Assembly (NCBI GenBank): GCA_951406725.2
Contig: OX597825.1
Coordinates: forward strand, 19,716,001 to 19,780,000
Direction of reading: 5' to 3'
From: Octopus vulgaris
Lineage: Eukaryota
DNA: 64,000 bases
The translations under genes were made by a program, and so were the position numbers. Shown here in pieces: positions 24,200 through 39,341 of the stretch (the stretch's first letter is position 1; every line of letters starts with the position of its first letter). The notes beneath the pieces are model-generated. The model worked only from the letters and a program-made list of their open reading frames with translations. It searched no databases and had not been told where the DNA came from.

Positions 24200-25085
24200 A
24201 ATCAACAGTCGCAAAAGCGGCAGTTATTCTTTGGTAATCTAACTCCTTTATTGTAGTTGGATACACGATATATTTAGTACATCCCAAAAGTATGTGGATG
24301 TTATATCTGATAAAGGAGGTTTGGCAAGGAATTGGATCAATTCCTTCTATCCTGCGATCTGAATGGTTTCTATTTAAAGATCCGTGAACGTTTATTCGTC
24401 AGTGAACGGTAACACATGGATTGAGCTCTTCTAGTTTTGACACAACGTGTTCTTCTAGAACATTCAACAATATGTCAGCTGTTATTGTCTTTTCAAAACG
24501 AAATTGACCAATAACTTTGTACCAAAAATCGTCAGCACACATAAACCATTGAACTATCACGTTCGATTTCCCTAGTAATTTGGGGATTTTCCGATCCCCA
24601 AATTCTCGCATTATGCATGTTAAGTTTTCCAGACACAGAAGTTTGTTTCATCCGTAAAGTAAATACGATTGAGGAAGTTGCCTTCTTTGAATTTTCCAGG
24701 ATTTTAATAGTAAATTCGTTTCGTTGCAGTTTGTTATTTAACTTAACTGGTTGCAATAACTAAATTTATATGCGTATATCCTCAAATTCTTATGGAGCAC
24801 AATATGAATTTTGACCCCGAAATTTTTATCTCGGTAATTATAGTTGAGCGGAAAGAGTTCGGGTGAACTTAGCGTTATAGAGGACGAAAACACCCAATAT
24901 CTTCTTCAGATGTTCTTGGCCTTCCGGTTTATGTAGCACCCTCTTTTTTTCCATTAATTGCTAATGCTAGCTGCGAATCGTCTGACGTGCCGGAGATTGT
25001 TTTCCATATTTAGATGTATAATTTCTTTACGTTTCAATATCTGACTTAATTTCAATAAACAAAGACACACTTTGTGTCATTTCTT
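24200..25085 (-). pseudogene. Transposase pseudogene (DUF4817-type HTH plus DDD-domain remnants)
   Basis: Fragments KYGKQSPARQTIR, RPRTSEE, VSGKLNMHNARIWGSENP..EIERDS, KVIGQFRFEKTITAD; many stops and frameshifts. Confidence 0.75.
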
Positions 25086-26278
25086 GTGACGTATTCGTTG
25101 TCTGAAATATAAAATCAGCATTAATTGCGGTCCGAAGCATAAAAACATAACTTTGACAAAACTACTAATATCATTAAAAGACATTTAATAATAACATATT
25201 AGATGTCTCGAAAACAACTTGCACATGCAAGTGCTACCAGTCAAAAACTTCGCATCCCGGAAGCCAGCAAGTGTATGGGGTCATCAGGAGAGAATGCGCG
25301 CCGTTTCGGGGCCTACCTCTCGACGGCATCAATGCGTACCGGCCCCCCTCACTGATATGAGGCCCCGCTTGCTAGATCAACTGGTTAGTAAATACAGTTC
25401 AATATTCTTCTAGCCATCGCTCATCGTCTCTTTTTAACCAAATCCAGTGGCTTGCCTTCACCACTGTAGTTTGGATATCGGTCTTGGTGGTATTGACTTC
25501 ACGATAACAACAGTCGTGTCACACTGTGTCCAACGAACCCTCTACATCCGACTTCGATTGGAAAATTTAGATACCAGCTCTTCTACGTTTTTTGTAACAA
25601 CATATTGAAATTGTCGAAAGTCTTTGTGGACACCCTGTGTGTACATATGCGTGCGTGTGTGTGTGTGCGCGCGCATACACATTTATTTGCCGATAATATG
25701 GTAACTTTTCATATATCATTGTATGAGTAATAATCTTTTATTAAGTTTCTTTGTGCAACATATATTACCTCAGTTGCAAATTCGCGAGAATGCGTTAAAT
25801 TTCACATGCATATACCGAGTTTTGTAAACGGATATTCCCACGTTTATTTATTTATAAAACAATTGAGTATGATCGAGATGCGTAATACAGGAGTTAGATG
25901 AAATGCATCCAAAACGAAATCCCGATCAATTCGATAGATTCATTTGAAAATCTCGTGACACTGTTGGTCGGTTTCAAAAGCAATTTCATATTGCAGTAAT
26001 TTGGTTTTGTTCCTTTTTTTCACAACAAATTTTTCGAAAGACAATGCCCTGTTTGGGTATTCAGAGAAAATATGATTTGCACACGGACAGGGAAATTTAT
26101 CTGGTAGCAATGTTTTTTTAGTTATCCAGTTTTTTCTTAAGTATTTTTCATGTAATATTAAGAAGCATTCAAAATAATGGACATGGAAAAATAGTTGTTG
26201 TTTCGTATTTTTATGATTGATATTAACCAAGCTACAAAATTTTTGGAATATTTTATAACCTACAGTTATGGATCTAAA

Positions 26279-26329
<51 letters not shown>

Positions 26330-26333
<4 letters not shown>

Positions 26334-26480
26334 GACGGGCTTCTTTCAATTTCCGTCTACCAAATCTACTTTGGTTGACCTAATGCTATAGTAGAAGCCA
26401 CTTACTCAAAGTGCCACGCAGTGGGACTGAATCCGGACCCATGGGGTTCGTAAGCAAGCTACTTACCACTTGCTTACATG
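26330..26480 (-). mobile_element. SINE family A, 5' half
   Basis: Reverse complement of the head through gaaagaagcccgtcgtata. Confidence 0.8.
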
Positions 26481-29064
26481 TACATCTGTGTGTGTGTGTG
26501 TGAGTTTGTCTGTGTATGCATATATAGTGTGATAACAATTTTCTGTAACCAAATATCTGTGATAAAGGACATGATCTCGAACGCCATAGCTTCCAAGGTA
26601 TGCATAGCATTCAAGACGAAATTTCGCTCCCTGTTAAAGCTGGGCACTTTTACTTTCTCATTTAGTAAATAACGTCATGTGGAGACTTTTGGGGGACTGC
26701 TGCAACAATAGACTAATAGGAACAAATAGAGTCTAAAGGCGCAGCTTACGCATGAGGAAAGCAATTCATAACTTTTGTTAGCTGCAGAGTTAATTTACGT
26801 TCGTTTACAGCAGCCATTATTTTTCCTATTCTAGAAAGATTATGATAAAAACAATGCAACAAATAAATCATCGAAACATTTATTTTAAATATTTCGAACA
26901 CAGAAAGTAAATTATATCAATCAAATATATACTATAGAATCATTTAACACTTCATAAAATTCTCATAAAGGAAGAATATTAGTGTGTTACATATATATAA
27001 TATGATAGACAGGGCCTGTTGTTGATTACAGCAAATTCAATAATATATAAATGTTCAATACATAAAATATGGTCCCAGATTAACAAGAGCGATACATTAG
27101 GTTTACAACTTTATCAATATAATCACGAATGTAATTATTTTAATTGTATTGTAATGTCACTGATGCCTAGGTAGTTGGATTCACTGGTGTGCTGGTCCTG
27201 GCAATAATGGCAACCAATTATCGGTAGGAGCACTTTTAACTGTAGTCAGGGTACCTTGGGTATAAACAATATTTTATCTTTCGTCTAAATTAGTAAATGA
27301 CATTATGTATCAGAGATGGCTCACCTTTACTGCCTAATGATGGTTGTATGTGTACAAATTAAAAAAGAAAAACTTTTCGCTCGTACGCATGTCAGCTACA
27401 GCTTAGCTTTATCCCAATTGCACTTGTAATATGATACCAACAATTTAATGCTATAAAGAGCAATTCTGATCGCATTGGCATTTCAAACCAGATCAGCTCA
27501 GATCTTCACTCGATAACATTAACCCTTTACTTGATTTCTTGATATTTAACATATATATTATCTGCACGGCATGTTGTAACAAATTAGTAGATTTTGCATT
27601 TAGCAATAAATGCCATTCCATCGTAAAAAATATTTCCACTATCCTTCACAAGAATAGAACAGTGTTGCTTCTTTTGAGTAAAAAATTACTCCACGTGATG
27701 AAGGAAATGGGATAATGGACAACTCATGTTTATTTCTTGAGCATTGAGATGGATTTCTTGTGTGAATGCAGGTCTTTATTTTATTCATATTTATTTTACC
27801 AAACTCAGAAATGTGAATTACAGAGTTGACTTCGTGATTTATATGAAAATAAACAAGCAATGCTCTGAATTATTTCGCCCGTAATGGACAAAATTTTTAC
27901 GTATATTTTATATTCAGTAATGAAGAAAATATATAAATTTATATAGTTGATTGATTTATACCAGTTATTACTGGTATATTTTTATAATTAAAAAAAGATA
28001 AAATTAAGCACTGCAGATGTTTTACAATGACATATAAGAGTTTCCCGCTACTAGGGAGAAAATTATTACTGTGTCTACAAAAGGCAAAATAAATCTCATC
28101 AGAATATAAGCTTTAACAATTTAGTGATTGTCAGCTGATGTCACCTGATGTCAACAGACAATTTAATAACTTTATGATTAAATACCATAGCTCACGTCTA
28201 GTGGAAAATACCAACGGAAAGATTACTTCCAGATATTTATGAATAATAAACAGCTTCTTGAAGGTCGGTCGATTTATTTTGTAATTCTGTAAGCCAGAAA
28301 AAACGCTGTTCATTTTATATTATTCATTTAGATTATTGTTATCAAAATTAATAAATAATAGATCATATTTTTTCCCAATATTTTATGGGTATTACATTTT
28401 ATATCTACTTCAATATGCAGCTGATAGAAACATTGATTTCATGATAATATTAATTGAAGCTCAGGTCAGTCAAATACCAATAATGGAAGTGTCTCGCATT
28501 ACTAAATAAGTAAATACACTTTTATATAATGGCGTCAAAATAAAAGAGGAGGGCATGAGACATTTTTCATAAATGGTTGAGACTTCGTTTTTCTCTACTT
28601 TGGAGTAAAGGTCAAACCAAGATAGGGATAGAGTGAAATATAAATATTAAACTTGGCAAAGTTGTCTGTGGGTTACCTGAGCGTAACTTTCAAAATCTTC
28701 AATATGTCTATACATTTTTGGAGACACCCTTTCTGACATTCTCATTAAAAAATATATACCTTTGCTAGAAACAGTGTAATTAACACGTCTAGGGCATATA
28801 AATTTATTCAAAGTTTCCAACGACGCACTCGATATAAATCACAGTCTTACAAATACTAATCTAACTGGATCGAGTCAAAAGGAAGCAGCAGGAATATTTA
28901 AGAGAAGAAATATATTCTATGTATAGGCTAACCTAGGTCAATATGTGCTTCAGATGTTCATTTGTAACCGGAATTTTACAAATCAGGTCGAAATTTATTA
29001 TCTTTCGTTACTCCGAATTGAATAAAGGTAGTTTCACTAATAGGCTCAATATGACATCTCATGT

Positions 29065-29470
29065 GCAGGCATGGCTGCATGCTAATTAAATCACTTGCAA
29101 GCCACATGGTCCTGAGGTTAGTCCTACTGCGTAGCACCTTGGGTAAATAACTAATAATGACCCGAAGCGGTCAAAGCCGTGCGAGTGGAGTGAAATTTCG
29201 TAGTGGGAAACTGAAAGACGATATTCGTTTACATGTGTATATACGTATGTATGTGTTTGCCTTTGTGTTGGTGTATATCTTCACTCCACAGCCTGACAAC
29301 TCGTGTTGGTTTGTTTATGTCCCCGTAACTAGCATTTCGGTATAAAAGGTCAATAGAATAAGCACCAAACTAAAAAATAAACCCTGGGTAGATTCGTTCA
29401 ACTAAAGCCCTTCGAAGCGATGTAGAGAAATGTCCAAAATCTAGTGACTGAAACAAGTAAACGAAGATAA
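29065..29470 (+). mobile_element. SINE family A, degenerate full-length copy
   Basis: gcaggcatggctg..gcaccttgggtaa..ggaaactgaaag..gtccccgtaact..tgactgaaacaagtaaa. Confidence 0.75.
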
Positions 29471-29619
29471 GAGATCCTACATAGATTCTGGTCTTATGCA
29501 AAGCAAAATTAACAGAAACCGGTTGATCAGTTCATTTTCAAAATGGAAAAGATTATCTGGCATTCACTATAAATATGAATGAACATAATAAATAGAATTC
29601 GTAAAACACACACACGCAC

Positions 29620-29950
<331 letters not shown>

Positions 29951-31439
29951 ACGACTGCTTCTTTTAGCGTGTCAAATTACCTGTTTGATATATCGCAATA
30001 CTACACAGTGTCTGTGTGAGCTACGAAATTCTCACCCACTGTTATGTCGCACGTTCGGAGGCCTTCTACTCAACTCGACTCTGCTCTGTCTGCTACTACT
30101 CTCTACTCTGCTCTCTACTCCTCTGTGCTCCTGACGTCTAGGCGTCTCCCCACTATATCTACGTATTGGGCTAGCCTACTTCATCGTCTGGGGGGCGCCC
30201 ACACAACACGGTTAAAGGTAGTTTCTCTTGTGTTCAAATGTACACTATTTTAAAAAACACACACATACATATATATATATATATATGTATGCATACATAC
30301 AGGGAGAGAGAGAGAGAGAGAGAGAGAGAGGCAGGCAGACAGACAGGTAGCTGCAGAAAAGATAGACTGCACACAAACTCTCACTGTGTGTGTGTGTTTT
30401 TTTACATCTGTCTACATTCGAATGTCACGGCATATATATACTATTATATTTATCGACACATATTACCGTTTCCTTTCACTGAAATGTTATTATAAACACC
30501 TAAAGAAATTTCGGAACATAAATCCTAATTACATTGCCAAAATGCATAATGAATATGTCATATGCGTTACATTTCGCTGTCACTTCATTTTAATCACGGA
30601 ATATATATATATTTAGCGACGGTATTTAATTAAAGATACAAGTAAATCATTTTCTAATTTCTTTGTATCATTAGTGTAACTCTTGTTTCTATTTTGTATT
30701 ATTTAATTTCAACCAATTTTATGTTCTTAAGTAACATACGCTTCTTGTTTGAAACATTCCAGCTTCAAATGTTTTATGAAGTGTTATATTACTAGGTATA
30801 AAATATCATTGGTTTCTGTATTTCAGTTCCTTTAGAGCAAAGAATCGGCCATGTATAAATGCTATATTTCAGGTAAAATTTATACTTATGAGACATTAAT
30901 AGATTTGATAGGTAATGCGATGGAGGCGGCTATTTTATGAAATATTTCATTAACGCGGCATTTAAGTATATGATTGATGTTAAGCTGGCGTTTAGTGTAT
31001 ACCTTTTAGATGAGCAGAAACCTTATAGCCATCCTTTTTTTTTTACGCAGGAAAATAACCACACGTTAGTAATACAACAACATATGGAACGGTAGAAAGG
31101 ACAAAATGACAAACAGCATTCTCACACATCCATATTTTTTGCACAGAGATCTTTCTGATACATAAATATGTGTTCCCGCATGCAATTTTAAGTAGTGTTC
31201 CGGTGCAAGAAAAGAAAAAAGCTTCCTAGATATCTTCTGGTATGTTATTCACCGACTGCATCCATATTATGTTAATTTACTTAGTGTACGTTGCATTTCC
31301 TAATTCAGCATATATGCTGAAGAATGGTTGCTTCAGGAAAATGAGTTTTTGGCTACCAATCGCAATACACGCACACACGTACACACACACGTGTGTGTGT
31401 GTGTGTGTGTATGTATGACTCACTTTACATAAATACGTA

Positions 31440-31960
<521 letters not shown>

Positions 31961-32899
31961 TGTGCACTTGTGTGTACATGTATGATTGTGTATTGAATAC
32001 GACATTGCTTATATTTCCCGTGCCGCCGCAGTAATATTATTTGTGTGAAAATCTTTCAGAAGCAGTCCAGAAACTCTTGATTTATAAATGGTTATTTTTC
32101 CCCCCATTGCAATAAATTTCCTGTCTCGTTAGTCTTTTTTTCTTTCCATTTTGTAAAGCTAGAAGCAAACGAATGCCGAACAGTATATACATAGAACGTA
32201 AACAGTTAGTTAACGTCAAAATGCCATACTGAATATAATACAACAACTAGAGTATTTGATTTTAGTTGTGTAATTGTCGTATACATCAAATAACAGTGTG
32301 ATGAAAAGAAATGCATTCGAAAATCAATAGGGCATAAAACTTACTAGCGTTGCGTGTGAATGTGACATCCATTTGTACACAGACACAAACACACGTACAT
32401 AAATACATACACATATACAGAGGCGCACACACAGGCACACACACATATACATACATATATAGATGTAGATATATGTAAGTATGTATGTATCTATGCGTGT
32501 GGTCGTTTGGAAACACGACTATGTTTGGGTTTTGCCATCTTTATTTCAGTTTGCATTTAATGCTTTTGTTTAAGCCACTAGCATTTCCTTTGGAACAATA
32601 AACTTCCTGAATGCAACATCAAGGTTTCTAGATTGTCATATGTTGGGAGAAGACCGGTGTTCGCGTGTGCAAATATCTCTTTTATTAAGGAAAAACAATT
32701 ATTACTCACAACACGGCCTAGTGCTAAAATAACACTCAGCATATACGACATATATACATATCCCAAACAAAAAGAACGCACGATTAATGCCATATATATA
32801 AAATACCCAACAGTCAAATGTACTTGATAAATTTCACATAAATGCGATTTGTCTACAAAATATATGCTATGCCATTCAACATGAATATTGTATAATTTC

Positions 32900-34570
32900 C
32901 ATGAGTCTTAGAAGTTTTGAAAGTGGTTATTTCCTTACTCCTCCAATACGCCGAGAGTTGCATTCCATTATCAGAAATTCATTTCTCTGGAATATCGGGC
33001 AAACAATTTATATAGGAACTTTATATTTGTCTTAACGGTTGGTTTGTTGCACCTGCATACCTCTATACCTCTGCCCACTTTGCACAGCTGTCTGTCTTGA
33101 TGAGATAGTAAACGCCGACACCGGGCCGGCAGAGTCGATATGTAACCTAGACCATGGGTTGTCAGTCTTAGGCCACGATTAATATTTTACCGGCGGGGTT
33201 TTGGCCGTCAGCGCGCAACTTCGACAAGTTCTCAACCAATTTTCGCTATCCCGGTCCATAGTTGCCCAATAGATGTAGCTCCTCATCAGAACATTCTTCC
33301 TCGACGTTTCCGGGTGTCTGCTGCGGAATTGCTCCAATACATGTTTTTGGAATGTAGTCGGCACTACCACTATTTGCGCATACATCAGAATATAGTCGCA
33401 TATTAAGAAACGACTCGAATTTGTATTTTTATTCCGCTTATTTTTTAAAGTTTCTTTTATTTTTGTAATATACTCATTGCCTACATATTTCATTCTCATC
33501 TTGGGTGCTGCCACTGGCAGTTCTTGGATAACATTAGTCATAATACTTTTTATATCATTTTCTGCCTGCAGTGCGGCTATCACGGCATCTTCTTGTGGTT
33601 CTGTATTTGGGGGAATTAGTCTCGATAGACAGTCCGCATGTCCAGTTTTTCGATGGAGCATACTGCATTTTGCAATTGTAATTTAGTAATATTTTACCCC
33701 AACGTTGTAGTCGGTCCGCTGTATTGTTAGGTAACCATTTCTTTGACCCACAAAATGGTCGATGATCTGTTTGTAATAGAAAACTTCTACCATGTGATTT
33801 TATTACTACCCACAAGGGGCGAACATAGAGGGGACAATACAATCGGGGAACTTAAAATAAGAAAGCGAAATGACAAGAAAAGAAAAAAATAAAAGTAAAA
33901 ATGACAAATGAAAGAATATTTACAATGAGATGCAAATGCCCACTCGATCCCCGGAATCGAGAGGTTACATTTTCGTAGCCCTCAGGCAGCCGCTCTTTCA
34001 TTCGAACACCCGTGTAAAAAATTAAGAAAACTTCTACCATGTAGAAACCTGTGAATTGTTTTCCCAACAAAGATAATTTATAGGGCTTCTTTTTCTTTCT
34101 GGCTGTATTTTTTCTCCGTCGCTATCTACTTGTGTAGCAAAAGTGCTCCTATTCCTTACTCCGAAGTATCAGACACTACAACAATGTCCATTTCAGGATC
34201 GAAATGACCTAGGGACAAATCTGCTATTACAATGTTTTTATTTCTTAAAACTGCTTTTAGCATTTAACCGACCAATTCCGCTTTACTTCTTTTTTTAAAT
34301 AAGTCATTCAATGGAGCCCTTAGTGTGTGTCTGTTAGGAATGTAGTTTTGGCAATAGAGTGCCAGCCTAAGAAACGATTGTAACTTTGGTATAGTTGTCT
34401 GAGCAGATATATTCTTTATTGCATCTGCCCTCGACGAGTCAAGCCGTCTACCATTTTTATCAAATATTTGCCCTAAGTACCTAATTTGCGGCAAAAAGAA
34501 TTCGCATTTTCTTTACTCTAAGTGTCGAAGCGAACCCGTGGTCTTTAATTTTCTTAAACAAAGCTTATAT
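32900..34570 (-). pseudogene. Ty3/Gypsy LTR-retrotransposon pol relic (RT C-terminus, RNase H, integrase)
   Basis: In order on the minus strand: KCEFFLPQIRYLG, KLQSFL..APLNDL, HGRSFLLQTDHRP, ADRLQRW, GHADCLSRL, HP..MRSYIYW..CRSC, PWSRLHIDSAGP, SDNG; frameshifted. Confidence 0.9.
33796..34024 (-). mobile_element. Short retroposon 3' end (probable 5'-truncated LINE) inserted into the Gypsy RNase H region
   Basis: Exact 18-bp TSD agaaaacttctaccatgt at 33778-33795 and 34025-34042; last ~40 nt match the SINE family B tail. Confidence 0.75.
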
Positions 34571-36295
34571 ATGCTCCACATGCTGTTCACACGAATTACA
34601 CGAGGTATGATATTTAGTGCGTTCGTTTTGTAATGAATTTTCTTCGGTCACTCGTATGTTCTTATATCGGCATCGAATGAAATTCGTTTTAACATTTGGC
34701 CAACAACTAGAATCCTTGCACTTAAAACCTGGAGATTTTAATGAGTGCACATTTTCGGGTTGGAACGAAGCACTCTAATTTGGGGGGGGGGGGGAATGAA
34801 GCGGGTAACATTCTTCGCATTGCCGCACATGATATTAACCAAAATAAAAAAAAAATCCTTTTTGACTGACACGTGTCGTTGAACAAGTTCATGCTTCGTG
34901 TTAAAATTCTAATAACTGAAAAATATTCAAAGTCGCTTCCATATTTGAGTCTCGTAATTAATATTAATTAAATTAATTCAATTATATAATGCTGTAATGT
35001 GTGAGTTTTGAGTGTGCTTAGTTTCTACCAGGTCTCAACTAGAAAGCACTGCTTAGATCATAGACGTACTAGTCTGGTTATTGGTTATAAGTGTAAACAC
35101 TGAATGGCTTAAAATGTTAAATGCATATTTCGATGAAAAATAAAACCTTTCTCTGCGATGAGTATTGAAGACGCTTTCAGAAAACTTAAATGATTTCTAT
35201 GTTTATAATTTAGCCTTTGAAAAAAGAAAGGATTATAATGAACCGTATCGATTTTTGTTTGTTAGTGGATTCAGATTAGAAAGTCTGTAACTCTAGAGAG
35301 GAAAATACTGTCCATTTAGATATAGGCAGATATTCCATTCATTGATTTACTGATGTTGCTAATTTAATTGGATTTGTTAATTTAAATATTAGCGAAAATG
35401 GAAATTGATTTCAACACACAACTTCAAGAACAATAATAATAACAAATAATTGCAACAGCCAACAATACTAGATCAAACGTCAACGATCAGTAATTCAAGT
35501 GTAAGACACTGTTTCAATCCTTCATTAAAAGCAGAAGTTTGATACTAATTTACATTTTATTTAGTCAGGCGAACAGCAGTGACTCTGTGATGTTTGCTGC
35601 TATTTCAAAACGGATAAAGTTTATGAAACTGCTCAGCTAAAGTAATATGCAGATCAAATGAAAAACAATAGCTCTGGGGGAATTGGGGATTTGATCGAAT
35701 GTTTGCAGCTTAGTGTATTTCAACCAAACGAATTACAACCGTGAGTGGATGACCTTTATTCTATAGCAAAATATACGTTAGGAAAAACCCTGAATATTTA
35801 ACTGCTTGTTTCAATACAAGGATCTGTGCATTAGAACGGAACGGGACCTCGCTATTTGGGTGAGTTGTATATCCGTTTATAGGCAAAGACTGGAATGGAT
35901 AGAAATTTTGACCAATCCTAGGGATTGACTATCACAAATTCGTAGGACTTGCTATTGCATGTATTGACTAAAGTTAAGAAATCCCACATTTGTAGATTGG
36001 TGCGAAATTTATCGATGTGATATGGCCGTATGTGTAAAATTTTCTCGTTGCACTTACGAGCTAACAGGTTCAATCTTACAGCGTAGCATTGATGCAGATG
36101 TCGTTTACCATAGCTTCAGATCGACTCAAGTTTGCGAGTGAAACTGAAGAGATGGAAACCGTTGGAATCTGTTGCACAGATTGTAAAAGCAATTTAATAT
36201 TTCAACCTTGACATGAAGATATGTGTCTCAGACATTTAGCTAAGCTTACACGTGATTATGGCTAGCCAAGTCACTTGCAAGCTAATTCAAGTAGT

Positions 36296-36680
36296 GTGGA
36301 AGCGCAATGGCCCAGTGGTTAGGGCAGCGGACTCGCGTTCATACGATTGCGGTTTCGATTCCCAGACCGGGCGTTGTGAGTGTTTATTGAGCGAAAACAC
36401 CAAAAAGCTCCACGAGGTTCCGGCAGGGGATGGTGGTGATCCCTGCTGTACTCTTTCACCACAACTTTCTCTCACTCTTACTTCCTGTTTCTGTTGTACC
36501 TGTATTTCAAAGGGCCGGCCTTGTCACTCTCTGTGTAACGCTGAATATCCCCGAGAACTACGTTAAGGGTACACGTGTCTGTGGAGTGCTCAGCCACTTA
36601 CACGTTAATTTCACGAGTAGGCTGTTCCGTTGATTCGGATCAACCGGAACCCTCATCGTCGTAACCGACGGAGTGCTTCC
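36296..36680 (+). mobile_element. SINE family D (tRNA-headed), full length
   Basis: A box tggcccagtgg, B box ggtttcgattcc; exact 12-bp TSD aattcaagtagt at 36284-36295 and 36681-36692. Confidence 0.92.
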
Positions 36681-37214
36681 AATTCAAGTAGTAATAGAGC
36701 TGGTGGAAGGACTGACTACTCATTGTCGAAACTGACGGAGAACCATTTATTTATGTTAATTGTTATTTTGCCCGGTACGTTGCAGATTCAGTGAAATATC
36801 AACCCCCAGACTGTGGAACATAGTGCTTTTTAGAATAATCAGATTTATATTAGTTCGACATTATTTTGTATCTTTTATACATATATATATATATATATAC
36901 ATACATACATATACATATATATACATATATATGTCACGAATAATTTTGAATGAATCTTTTCATGTGTATGTTGGATTATCTTATTTAATTTTATATGAAT
37001 TAACCTAGATATTCGACTATCTATCAAACACCTACAGAAAACAATAATTCCAAATGTACAACTTTGAAACACGCATTCCTGCATACATGCACATACACAG
37101 GCAAATATATATATATATATATATATATGCACAGATTCTACAGAACATATGCACACATCGGTATAAGTATGTATGTGCGCCTGATTGTGTGAAAGTATGT
37201 ATTGTGTGTGTGTG

Positions 37215-37249
<35 letters not shown>

Positions 37250-39341
37250 GCACAAACATACAGATAAACGGGGAGAAAGAAACAGAAATAGAATCTGTAA
37301 TTTGAGGTATTCAAATTAACAGCTAAAGCTGACATTTTTACGCTGATTCCTGTCACAATAATAGAAATATTTGATATTCACTAAGATATATTGAATTACC
37401 TACAATATAAGAAATATTTCTGGTTCTGTATTAATGTTTTATCTGTCCACCACGCATGTTACATCTTCCATAACACAACAATTTAGGGAATGTACCAGAA
37501 ATATTAGATTGGAAGGAGAATAAAATGTATCGGTAAGAAAATCTTATAAGGCAAAGATAATAATTTATAAAGAGATTACATCTGTTCTGTATAAAGAGTA
37601 CTTCTGTAAAACAGGAAATGCAATAAGACGTTTATTAGGGCAAGCCGTCACCTATTTTGGTTAGGTAGTGTACTTCTAGAGATTCTAGTGATTAGTTTTG
37701 TGAGAGCTATTAAACTTATTCAAACTGCTTTAAAGATTGATGATAGAATGTTAGGCTGGGAAAGATTTCAACTGATATTCAGAGAATAAAATTAATCGTC
37801 ATTCGTTATCCCGAATTTATGTTGATATTCTGTATGTAACCTCGAGTTATTTTAGTCATGTTGAATTAATATACATCCTAACTGATTAAAGATAACCAAA
37901 TGAATGTGGTGAAGGTATTGGTATTGCATAGAATGATTGAATGAAGAAAATTCACACAGGTATGCAGCATTAGTACAACATAGAATTTCCTACTTCGCTT
38001 TTGTTAGGTTTCTTACGTTAGTTCTCTTCGTTTTCGTTTCACTTAACAAAATAAGACCCCTTAGATGAGGGAGAAGATCGAAAACTAAATTGTCGAATGT
38101 CGAAAGAGACGACATTTTATCAAACAGAGCACAGCTGTTTCTCACGTTACATGATAATACAAAGTCACACAGTATTAATTGATACGCTTAGAAAAATTCG
38201 GTAGTGAATATTTCAGAGTCTACATGAAAATATGCCGTTTTTTTATTTTTTTTATTTCCTACTTACTGAAATAACTTTGATATTTTCGTTCGGAAGTCAT
38301 TGGGTTCAAGGAGACCAACGGAATTAAGGATTTATCTGAGGATTTTAATTCTGGATAATAAACTCTTTCATGGTGGAAGTAAAAATAATTTCTTAATCGC
38401 AGTAAAACAAGATAAACTCATAACTTTAGATTGGAACTTCAGTAAGAATGCGGAGACGTATTTCTTAAAAAGTAACAGATTATGCTACGTAACTTAAAGA
38501 AAAAAAGAAAAAAAATATTTTGCCAATGGAAGAATTAATCACAGGAACGAACGTCTTTGTTTCACGTTCTTCGACAATCCCTGCCACCATCATACACAGA
38601 TACATTCTTCCCTTCTATACGCTTTTATACGTGTAAATGAATGTGTCTGTGCGTGAATCCGTGTGTGTGTGTGCGTGTGCGTGTGCGCGTTCGTATGCGC
38701 ATTCACACACAAATACAGACATATGCAGGCACAAAGGTTCATGCATGCTCACATATAAGCATACAGAATATATGTGTGTATCTATATACACGTATATGCA
38801 TGCATACATATACACATACACAAATACATAGATACATAGGGAATAGTGGATTGCGAAGCATATTACGCTGCTTATGATAGAATTCCTCGAATGGCTGCCT
38901 TCAAATCTTTTCATTCTAAAAGTGCTTTTCATACCGATATTTACGTAGTATCATTTATAGCATTAAGGGCTTCTGTTATCCAATGCTCTCAAAACTGGTC
39001 ACCTCACTTTATCTTTAATATTTATAAAATTCGCATGACGTCCACAATATAATTTAATTATATTTTAGAATACCGAAAACACTTGGCTGGCTTCATATTA
39101 GGCTTTCAAAATGTATATTGTATAAAGTTGTGTCACGAATTATTCTATTGCAGCCGTTGTTATGAAAATAGTTTTTTTTAAGTAAGAATCTGGTTTAGAA
39201 TGCTATCCAGTAACATGCAACTTGATTGGTCAGCGTTCATCTATTACGCTAATGTGAGAGTCAGATGAGAAGGTCATATAAAATCTTCTTTCTATTGACT
39301 ATGACAGATAGAATAGAAAGATATGAATAAGTGATATAACA

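Larger units (their letters stand above)
23597..25637 (-). mobile_element. Decayed Tc1/mariner DNA transposon (maT/DD37D-like)
   Basis: TIRs CAGGGTATCAACAA (23597) and reverse complement of CAGGGTGTCCACAA (ends 25637); transposase relics inside. Confidence 0.75.

Noticed and set aside
36296-36370. tRNA-like sequences at SINE heads (also 13779, 23141, 45622)
   Set aside because: Pol III A/B boxes continue into SINE bodies, often with TSDs; no complete cloverleaf, so they are not tRNA genes.
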